Shown here: positions 1-9,557 of the stretch, piece by piece
How the letters are laid out: each line of letters begins with the position of its first letter
Position numbering within the stretch: position 1 is the first letter of the stretch
DNA from: Geosiphon pyriformis uo1
Taxonomy: Eukaryota > Fungi > Glomeromycota
Direction of reading: 5' to 3'
NCBI GenBank assembly: GCA_016748015.1
Contig: JAAOMT010000426.1
Coordinates: 1-27,051, forward strand
Length of the DNA: 27,051 bases
Translations under genes and position numbers: made by a program
The notes under the pieces: generated by a model
Database searches by the model: none
The model's input: the letters and a program-made list of their open reading frames with translations, nothing else
Told to the model about the DNA's origin: nothing

Positions 1-209
1 TAAATTTCCATAATACAGAATAGCGTAAAAAACTGACACTTAGAAAGGAATATTGCAATTATAAACCTCAAAATGTGAATTTAGGCTATTCTTGATTGAA
101 GCTTACCGATTAGAAAAATATTAAAAATTTAAAATATTGGAATTTAAAAAATTCATCCCTGAATATTAAATCCAAATACATATATTGATACATGTATTTG
201 CTAATCGAA

Positions 210-707
210 TTAATGTATTTGAATATTCCCAACGAACATATTATCATATTCTTCCATTTCAAGTTCACAAACAAGGTTTCCTTTTTTGCACCCACAACAT
301 TGGTATTCACAATTCGAATTGTTGAGAAAGCATTCAAAACTTGGGAAACTAAAATAATCCACTAAATTGTCTTCTAAAGTGTTTTGTGAAGATGTGGTGC
401 AATTCCCGCTACTTTCATTACTTTCTGATCGATTTAAATTCAAATTGAGATTATGTTTAAAGTCAACTACGGTTGAACCTTTGCGAAACTGCTCACAATT
501 TGATAAGGTAGGCCTAATTTGTCCCAATGAGCGTGTTTTTGTAGCTAATGGGGAATAAGAAAATTTTGTAATTCGATGTGTTGTGTGATTACATGCGGAT
601 TTTTGTGTTTGAGATGTTGGTACAATTTTTGAAGAACTTGTACCATATAAAATTGATTCGTTACGATTTCCCATTTGGAATATTTGAAGGAGAATTGCTT
701 TCATCAT
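210..707 (-). CDS. Hypothetical protein, single exon, 165 aa; Ser/Thr/Asn-rich with a DYFSFPSFE motif and a Cys/acidic C-terminus
   Basis: A 498-nt open frame from ATG to TAA is long for DNA this AT-rich, and G+C is locally higher than in the flanks. No recognisable domain. Confidence 0.55.
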   Translation of the reverse strand: MMKAILLQIFQMGNRNESILYGTSSSKIVPTSQTQKSACNHTTHRITKFSYSPLATKTRSLGQIRPTLSNCEQFRKGSTVVDFKHNLNLNLNRSESNESSGNCTTSSQNTLEDNLVDYFSFPSFECFLNNSNCEYQCCGCKKGNLVCELEMEEYDNMFVGNIQIH

Positions 708-1552
708 AAAACTTTAAAAAGTTATTTTAGTGTAAATGTGTTCGTGCAGATTAAATAGTTAAGTTTTATTTTCATCCCTCTCGTAAAAATTTTTACACAT
801 AATATAAAAAGCAGGAAATAAAATCTACCTTGACTTATATAATTAAATTGTATAAAGCTCTGTGAAATGTAATATTGAAGCATTAAAAATTAAGTTTTGA
901 AAAGGAGTTAGTTTCTTAAGAAATAATGTGCAATAAATCTGAACTTGGGTAGCCTATAGTCGAGATTTTAAATTGATTTTTTTATGATATTTATCATATT
1001 TTTTGCATCAATCAAAGTTTGCGCGAAAGGTATGGCAAGCTCTTCAACCTCGATAAAGTGGATACTAATATTGCTTTTCTTAATTATATCCTAACTAAAA
1101 TTTATTTTTAAATTTTTAAAGCTTTAGAAAATGTAGAAGAATAAAAAACAGAATAAAGGAAGGAAAAGATTTACCTTCATTGATGAATTTTCTTTGTCAA
1201 ACTGGCCCTGAATAATCATTTTAACTATAGACTAAGATAAAATTTAAGTGAATAGTGTAAAAAAACGCAGTCAGAGTTTGTTAAAATTTAATAATTAAAG
1301 AGACGTCTTTTTGGTAAAGTTTCTAAAACTATTCGAGGGTATATTTTATTGAAAGAAAATACCTTTCAATATCGTTTCTAATCATATGAATTTGAAAAAT
1401 TCAAAAAAAAATTTCTAAAGGATTTGGCAAGTTTTTATCCGGGTGTTCAACTTGATGGGCTTCAAATTAACAATGAACTTTTTCTTAAAAAAAAAAATAA
1501 CTAAGTAAAAAGGGACCAAAATCTCGTCTTCAAATTGGAGCCCCGTAGTCTA

Positions 1553-2634
1553 TTATAATCGTAAGTATCCATTAACGTTGTTATCTTCCTCGATTTGCGA
1601 TTCATATTTACGATACAATTCCATAGTGGCACGAGCATCTTCCACAGAATCATGTGCATTTTCCTGAATTTTAATGCCAAGTATTTCTTTAGCAAGGAAT
1701 TTCAATGATGGATATCGTCCGACTCTAGACATTTTACGGAAATTTTTGTAAAGTTGAATATTTCTTGTAAGGATCATTGGGTGTCTAATTTCCAAGACCT
1801 TTATAAATATGACATTTAAATATTATGAATTTTGCGTATGAGCGTTTATAAATATTACAACCATTACCTTCAAGTCATGCTGAAGAGCAAATCCGATGAG
1901 AATACGATCCTTCAAAAGATTTTCAACTTGAATTTTGACCTCATCGAATAGAGGAGCTATTAAAATGAAAGGGTTATCAAAGAATGGCCGAATTTTATAG
2001 GGCGACTTGAGAATTCGTGGCAATAATAATTACCTGATTCGAGCAGCTCAGGAGTAACTCCACTGAATGGAGTACGATAATCAGTAACTTCATTTTTTGG
2101 TTTAACAAATGTATCTAACACCGTCTTGCCCTCGTAGTCGACAATACTCACACGAGCTAAAGCATTTTTCTTTGCTTTAGGGCCTATCCCAACCATTTCA
2201 CAATCAAGAGCAAGGAGCCTATTTTTATCTTGAAACTTGAGGTGAATTGAAAAAAAGATTCTTTAAAGCGATGTTGAAAATCAAGTAGGCTTGACTTTCT
2301 TTATTTCCGAAATTTTTTTATTAAATTTTAGTCAATTTCATTTGTTGGTTTCTCAAACCCTATTATTTTTTATTCGTTCTTCCCAGTTTTTTTTTCGTCA
2401 TTTCTCTTTGATTGAGATATTGTAAATACTTCACAGACTAAAAAATATATGCTTTTGTATCTCATTGCTCTTTCTTCCCTTTCCAGTTTTCTCGATCATT
2501 TTTCTTCATTTTCCCATTTCTCTTTTAAAATTTGATATTTGATATAACACTTAAGTTTCAAAAAGATATTCAATTTAACTTACTACTGTTTGGTTAGAAC
2601 CGCTCGAGATATCGTTTTGACGAAGAGTATTCAT
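1553..2634 (-). CDS. REX4: REX4/ISG20-family DEDDh 3'-5' RNA exonuclease, about 195 aa, 4 exons (2634-2584, 2235-2034, 1956-1868, 1798-1553)
   Basis: The spliced translation gives ExoI LLALDCEMVGIG..LARVSIVD, VTDYRTPFSGV, ExoII ILIGFALQHDLKVL, PSLKFLAKEILGIKIQ and ExoIII HDSVEDARATMELY. Introns 2033-1957 (GTAATT..TAG) and 1867-1799 (GTAATG..AAG) join the three ORF-track fragments in frame. Exon 1 and intron 2583-2236 (GTAAGT..AAG, phase 0) are less certain. The symbol is a family-level call and this may be a paralog. Confidence 0.9.
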
Positions 2635-3156
2635 GTCATAAGTTGTTAAATTTTATTCAAATATTAGAGATATCTATTGCTTCTACGAGAGGTATTTTAT
2701 ATTGGAAATTGGACATATACAGAAAGCTTTTAAATTGAAATTACAAAGCAAAACTAAATGTCAATTCAAAAAATTTTCTTCTAAATTTTCCTGCAGAAGT
2801 AAAGGTGAAATTCATTTCCCAGATTCTTTGCTAGAAATAAATAATGGCGATATTGTGATTAGGGAGTAATTATGGTGTCACTCTCAATGACTTTTTTGGG
2901 AAATGTTAGAATGAGCTTAGAGAGTTACATATGCAATTATCCCACCGAAAAACAAAATTTTAAACCGCATGGATTGGTGTAGTATAACAAACGTACTGCA
3001 TTGAAGGTAGCAATGTAAAAATTTTGATCAGTTTATAAATATCCTAGTTTATGTAATATCAAGTAGGAAATGTCTTTGGCCGGAGACTTTTGTAAAAATA
3101 CTGTGAAACCAATTCGAAGTGAATTTCCCCAAAATTTGAATCGAAAGAATAATTTT

Positions 3157-3950
3157 GACAGATAAGACTATTTTTTTATTTTGAAATATATATCTTTATA
3201 ACAGAGTGTTGACAAGATTATTAAGTAGCAAGATAAATCCATTTAAATTATAACATTATAGAATTGTTTATGTGTTATATATTATAAATTTTGAATATAT
3301 TTTAAAACACACATATAATTGAATTTTATACTAAATTTTCCAAATTATAAAAAATAGATTTACAATATAAGAAAGAATTAAACACATGATATTTGATTTT
3401 GAAAATCAAGTAATTAAAATTATTAAAAAACAAATTTTTTACATAAATTGAATAAATCAGATGAAAATTTTTTTTTCAACAATATAAAAAATTAATAGTG
3501 TTTTTAATGTACAAACTGTTATAATTTTTTTTATCAATTAGAAAATAATTATAGTTTATTATAATTTCACTGTTTTTAATCCAAAAAATATTTAATTTAA
3601 TAAATATAATAGATTTTATATTAAAATTCAATTAAAAAAAGTTAAGAAATATAATCTAAAAACTATTTTTTCAATTATTATTATAAGCTTAATAACAGTT
3701 TTAAAATAAAAAGTCAAAATCTTTTTATAAATTTCATAGCAAAAATTTTACAGCCAAAAAAACTTTTATATTTTATTAACCAATTTCTAATAAAGCTTTG
3801 ATTACATGCAATTTTTAATTTATTGTAAATTTTAAATCTTTGATATTAATTACATTTCTTAAACAAGTCTTTAAATTTGAATATATATTAGAATATTAAT
3901 TGGTTAAAAATAATTTTCCAGAGAAGAGCATATGTTAATATAAAATTCAA
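3157..3950 (+). mobile_element. Heavily mutated Ty3/gypsy (chromovirus-like) LTR retrotransposon relic: integrase C-terminal part, possible chromodomain and PPT
   Basis: 3157-3250 reads DR*DYFFILKYI/YNRVLTRLLSSKINPFKL, matching integrase W..LP..E.AYN....G.SPF.L once C>T/G>A changes are reverted. 3491-3511 INSVFNV resembles IHPVFHV. 3644-3715 KKYNLKTIF..LK*K resembles chromodomain EEY.VE.IL..KW.G. A purine run at 3920-3928 is followed by TG at 3933. All matches were made by eye. Confidence 0.45.
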
Positions 3951-3952
3951 AC

Positions 3953-5280
3953 TACAGTTAAATCTCTCTAAATGCACATCCTCGGAACCAACTTTTAGTG
4001 TGTATTTAGAAAATAGCCAATATTATTATTGCACGTGACTTTATAATAACGAAATTAAATCAATTTTATTAAAAAAGTTTCAATGCTGAATTGTTATAAA
4101 GACTTTTTATCTCTTAATAATGTTTTATCATATTTTGCAAATAAAATAAATCAATATTTGTTTGCTTTTTATTAAATTATTGATATTATTGATTATTATT
4201 AAAACTATTATTATTATTGATATTATAATAATTACTAATAGTATTGCTATTATTAATATTATTATAATCATTACAGCTAACAAGTTTTGAAAAAAATTTT
4301 GTATATTGTAAATAATTGTGTATTGTTGTTAATAACATTTTATATCAAGCTTGAACAATATTTTATATGACAGTAAAAATATTTATTTTATTATTTAATT
4401 TTGGATTTATATTTTTGAAGTAATTTCTTAACCAAATAGCAATAATAATAGTATTTAAAAAACATAACAATATTAATTATTATAAATTAAATACAAAATA
4501 TTGTGTTTAAAAAAAAAGTAAATAATTGTATTATTAATATTAAAATTGTTAATATAGCTTAATACATTGTTAAATAATAAAATTGTTTATAATCAATCAT
4601 TTTTATATTAAATTTTTTAAGCTATTATTAAAATAATACTTCTGTTATCTATTTCTTAATGGTTGTATTATATTTAATACCAAAATTGTTGTAATTTACA
4701 TTTTAAAAACAATGTAAATTAAGATATTTGTCAATAACAAATAATTTAATTTTATCAAATCCATTAGCATTAGCACAAAGTATTATAATAAATTGTTTTT
4801 GTTCTTTTTTTTTTTAAGACAAATTGTTATCAATGTAGTATCTGATTTAAAATTAATAAAAAATTAAGTTAATATAAATTAAATTAAATATAATTACATA
4901 TTAATAAAATAAACAAATTTTATTTATATTTTATATTTTTTTAATATTTTTTAAATTAAAAAATTGTTAATAGCAACAATAACATTATTTATAAAAGTAT
5001 TTTTTTTATGTTTTTTTGTTTATATAAATCTATGTTATTTCTTAAATTTGGCCAATTAACTATATGAAAACTTATAATTAATATTAGATATATTTAATTT
5101 TTATGCTTTTTTAGTTATAATTTTATCGGTTATTACTATTTTATTTTGGCTTTATAAAATTTATTTATGTAATATATATTTATATTCAATATTAAATTGT
5201 TTTTTGTTTTTTGCAAAAAACTTTTTTATTTTATTTATTAAACAATTAATAGCAGTGTTATAAGTTATTGTAATATGCTA
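3953..5280 (-). mobile_element. Degenerate pogo/Tigger-family (Tc1/mariner superfamily, CENP-B-like DDE_1) DNA transposon; transposase pseudogene
   Basis: The minus-strand translation keeps the family motifs in the correct order: LHK*IL* (LxEWIL); FSYS*LAKFKK*H at about 5070-5032 (FS.GWL.KFKKRH); KSDTTL..KKKKNK; LCANANGFDKIKLFVIDKY..HCF at about 4780-4706 (CANADGSEK.KP.VIGK...PRCF); KK*IT..LF***LKKF (KAWMT..F.EWL..F); ILLFNNVLSY (LLLLDNA.SH); IVQA*Y..TTIHNY (AW..V...TI.NC); an Asn-rich tail (formerly Asp-rich); and C-terminal QFSIETF. The element ends in a CAGT terminus flanked by TA at 3953-3954. The 5' end and second TIR were not found. Confidence 0.85.
3955..4013. repeat. Terminal inverted repeat of the pogo-like element, with an internal palindrome
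   Basis: TA|CAGTTAAATCTCTCTAAATGCACA...; CTCTCTAAATGCACA (3964-3978) pairs with TGTGTATTTAGAAAA (3999-4013) at 12 of 15 positions. It lies just past the transposase C-terminus. Confidence 0.7.
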
Positions 5281-7779
5281 ATAAATAGCAAAAAAGAACA
5301 AATATTATATGGAAAAAAACAATCAAAGGAAAATTCAATCTAAAAAAACAAATTAAATTTGTAAGAATTTAATATGCAAGATTAATTTTATAAATATCTT
5401 AGTTGATATTCTTTTCAAACATAAGAAAAAAATCTAAAAGTTGAAAAATAATTTGTACTATTAACAAAAGATAACACAACTCCTATAATTATATGTTTTA
5501 TATTAACACTTTTAAAATTTAATAACAAGTATTATTTTGACTTATTAATAAATATTTATTACAAAAGCTAATAATATACAAATAAGGAAAAAAATAAGAA
5601 TTAAGAATATGAGTAAATTAAAATTGTTATATTAATCTTGTAACAAAAAAATAATTTTAGTCTAGAATAAATTTTTATAGTTTTGAAAAGTTTTGCTTAT
5701 ATATTTTTGAAAAAAGATCAATAATCAATTAGTAATTACATTAATGATTTGGTTAATATTCAAGTCAATAATTAAATCAATAAACAAATCAATAATCCCA
5801 TTAATAATTCATTCTAAAAATAAGATGGCTAATATAGATGATATTAGTAATTAATATATATAGTTGAATAAATTGTAATTTTTGATTTTGATTTCTAATT
5901 TTTTAATTTTAGTATCAATAATAAATTTATCATTAATTGTGATCAAGTAATATTTAATTTGTTACACAATTACAATCAAATAATAAATAAGTATTATCTT
6001 GATTGTAAACAATTAAATTTGTGTAATTTTTAATATATTATCGAAATTTTAAATCTGAAACTTTTGACAAGGAGGCATTTAGATTATGCTGATATTAAGA
6101 CTTTTTGTAAGTAAAACTTTTTTTATTAAAAATCAAAGACTTAAAAAGTATAATTGAAAATACTAGGCTCATCTTGTTCATCTCAAGTTTCTCCCAATTG
6201 TTATAATATAAATCTCGAACAAAAATTGGTCTATCAGCTTCCAAGGATTGAAAGGCTCATGATATTTTGTTCATCTTGATTAACCGACTTCAGAATTATA
6301 CTATTCCAAGGATGAGTTATGCATCACCCATTATTGTCTCTCAAGGAGTGGTATGCCACAACTCAAGCTAATAGTAGTCGTCTATGGAAATGCAATATGA
6401 TCAATCGTCACAAGGGTCGATGGCAATTTCTTACAAAACCCTTTTCGATTCAATTACAATGAGAGCTGTTATCTGGTTTTTCTTTGCGTATTTTTCTTAA
6501 TTGCTTGCTAACCAAGTATGATCTAAATAGCGGAGAATATCGGAGAAAATTCTGAGGTAAGCGTTTCAAATGAAATGAACATGTAAATAATACTTTTGAG
6601 TAAAGTTAGTGAAAAAAAGATATGAAATTCGTTATTGAGGAGTTTTCTAGTCGAGCCATTTCATTTAATTATTAAAAAGACATGCGAAAACTTGAAAAGA
6701 TATTCATGATAATATTATCAACGATATCATCGCGGTTTGCAATGGTCACATCAACGAAAGAATTCATTCTTGTGCATTTTTGTGCTGTTAATGGCGTTTA
6801 ATGTTTCAATTATAACTGCGTTTTCAATTACTTTTAGAAGTTTAAAATTGGAAATTTAGATCTTGTTATAAATTCAATGTCCGTTTCATAAGATATATAC
6901 TGAGAATCCAAATAATACTTTTTCGAGGATCACAAAATCAAAATCGATGAACAACTATTTTTTCATCAATTGATGTCCGCGATGGTTGGATAAACTGAGC
7001 TTTGAAGTTTTTAAAGGTATTAAGTCAGATCGAAGAAATGGAAGAGGCCTCAACGTTTTTTATTTTAGCCTTTGGTATAACTACACTATAGCTAAAAACG
7101 ACGATTTTGGAGAATAATTGCACTATGGGCATGATCTGTTTCTTAAAAATAGTCTAATCTATATATTTTTAAAAATCAGGTTCTATAGCTCAATGTCACA
7201 ATGGCAAATTTATAATTACCGAATCCATGTTCTGAAAATAAGGTTTAGAATTTACTATTTTAATCAATAATTGTCAACTTTCCTGCTTAATTACTTGAAT
7301 GACTATTTGTAAATCGTATTTTATCTATTTCCGATTTCTGATACCCACACTGAATATAGACAAGGTTGAATAGTAATTTTTTTGATTGAGTTCCTAATTT
7401 ACTCATTTATAATCCTTTAAATTTCTGGATATTGGTGTGTTTCACAAAGCTAAATATTATTTTTTCACAATGGTAATTGATCTTTTTTCCTTGATAAAAA
7501 TTTTCTCCAGGAATGCATCAAGATGTCTGATTTTTTACAACAAAGCGAAGAACTTCTTCGCAATTGATGATGATTCAACCTCAATCTGTTGTCACGAGCG
7601 AGTATCAAATAAGAAAAATTATTTACAGTAATAAAACTACTAAAATGTGAGCTTGAAAAATGAATAGTATATATCATAAATTAATTAAAACTTTTTACAA
7701 CAATGATAATACTACATGATTTGTCAGGATGACCCATGAGTGAAAGTGCCAATGGTTTATTAATTGTCCCAGGGTTTGG

Positions 7780-9557
7780 TTATACGAGATTGGTATATGA
7801 TGTTGTTTCTGACATTGGTTTCATGGGCGATGAATTGGGTGAATACTGAGGGTTTCTATATAAATAGAATTGGAAGAAAATCTACGCGTAGCAACCGTTG
7901 ATAAAGATTTGAGGATGAATTTGGTAAAAAATCAATTCGTTAATAAAATTTTGGCAACATTCCGGAAATAGACTACAAATATTGTTTGGATGAGACTTAC
8001 GATGAAATCAAAAAATAGCGTTCCTCCGCTGCCAATTAGCCATGGAAGATTCATTAAAATGAATTCGCGTTCAACTGAGTGGAATAAGATTGACTGAAAA
8101 AAAATAGAACAACCAATTTTCAATTTAAATTCGTTGAAATGGAAAGAAATTTAAGTAGGCAAGTTCTTACCAAAAAATAAGTTGAATTTCCTAAGACAGC
8201 AAACACGAACATTGCAATTGATAATCCTTCACAAGATCGATTTTGAAAATTCATTAAAATTTGTGGAATTCGCGAACCGACTATTTTCAAAAACGTGTGA
8301 TTTTTAGATATGATCAGGTGAAAATCATAATTTGGAGGAGAAAAGCAAATTTTAAAATTTAATTACTTACGATAGAGAAGTGCACTACCCCATCCAAGAC
8401 TTTGAGCCAACCAAACAACATGAGATGAATCATTGGACTCTGAGGTGGTGTATTCGTTATTGAACATTGAACTTTTTATTTTCCACAATATTATATGATC
8501 ATCATTAACAATCGAACCCGGAGTATCGTTATAATGATATAAGACAAGCATTCCAGTTAAGCCGATACAAGATACTAAAGCTAGTAACTCCAGAACGCCT
8601 GGAAACTTTGATCGAGATTGTTGTTGGGGTATTTCAGCTGGTGAGGAAGATTTATGATCCATTGGCACTAGGGGTGTTTCTTCTGTGTCATCACATATCA
8701 CTGTAATTTCGTCTTCGGTTGAATTTCGTCCGAATTTGCGATAGTAATACACTTGAGTCAGAATGAGTGTATCTTGAAAAATATAATAGGAGGCGAGAAG
8801 AATCTAAAAGGAAGAACAATAATAAAGGTTAAAAATTAAATGCCAAAGGAAAATCTTTCGTTATTGAGGAAAACTAAACTGATGAAGAAGATAAGAGCAC
8901 ATGTAAAAGTTCGCTCAATCTGGATAAGGTCTATGGAGATTATGATCTTCATGCGGCATTTTTGGATCATGGGAACAATCATTTGACAGTTAATTAATCA
9001 CACATGAATACAGGACATGTATGCAGTACTGCAGAACGCGCGTGTTCCCCGCCTAATGTTTGGTTGCTTTTTTTGAAACTTATAGTCACAAAGAAACCAA
9101 CGTGGATGTGTTTGAAGTTTCTTACCATAGTAAGTAACAAATTTTGTAATAAAGCACCTGCCAGGTTAAGCATATCACCGGCAAACCATATTAAAAGAAA
9201 TGTCGTTGATATTGAGTCGCTTGACTTTCGTTTATAATTTTTATAAAGTTGACTATTAGATTTTGAAGAAGAAAGTAAAGAGTGTTACAATATGTTAGTA
9301 AAAATTCAGAAATAGGTTTTAAATGTCACTGAAAAGTGACAGGATTATAGATCAGAAAGTTGCAGACTTTGTTTCAAAACTACACACTTTTCTGTGATGT
9401 TTTTTTAACTTTGAAAACAATGTTGCTTGTTAAAGGCGTAACAAATCGTTTTGTTGAGTTTTACTCACGGAGCTAGAACCACAATCCAACAACCGATGGA
9501 GATTGAACCGAAAATGTAGGACGCGATATCGTTTTGAGGAAAAGTAAAATTTGCCAT
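7780..9557 (-). CDS. YPQ1: PQ-loop repeat vacuolar/lysosomal cationic amino-acid transporter (YPQ1/RTC2/PQLC2 family), 317 aa, 6 exons (9557-9469, 9252-9126, 8803-8371, 8280-8171, 8093-8001, 7881-7780)
   Basis: Five GT-AG introns (GTGAGT, GTAAGA, GTAAGT, GTAAGA, GTAAGT donors) give one uninterrupted 954-nt frame. It encodes two PQ loops, GSISIGCWIVVLAPQLYKNYKRKSSDSIS..FLLIWFAGDMLNLAGA and LGWGSALLYLGSRIPQILMNFQNRSCEGLS..MF.FAVLGN, then NLPWLIGSGGTLFFDFIIFFQF. An acidic dileucine-type sorting signal EETPLV lies in the central loop. The symbol is family-level. Confidence 0.95.

Noticed and set aside
110-558. ORFs 110-337 (-) and 367-558 (+)
   Set aside because: They overlap the longer 210-707 ORF in another frame or antisense and have no motifs.
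1501-1695. 64-aa minus-strand ORF
   Set aside because: It is an alternative frame over the last exonuclease exon.
2377-2540. Two imperfect pyrimidine-rich direct repeats in exonuclease intron 1, considered as a lost Lys-rich N-terminal exon
   Set aside because: All frames hit stops and I found no compatible splice-site pair.
2966-3010. GCATGGATTGGTGTAGT, resembling a tRNA 5' half or A box
   Set aside because: No anticodon stem, T arm or acceptor pairing downstream.
6068-6092. AGGAGGCATTTAGA..CTG as a candidate second pogo TIR
   Set aside because: Only a 9-nt core matches, gaps are needed, and there is no terminal ACTG-TA.
7437-7677. Overlapping short ORFs on both strands
   Set aside because: Short, with non-ATG or weak starts and no motifs; probably the 3' flank of the PQ-loop gene.
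9004-9237. 77-aa plus-strand ORF
   Set aside because: Antisense shadow of PQ-loop exon 2 and intron 2.
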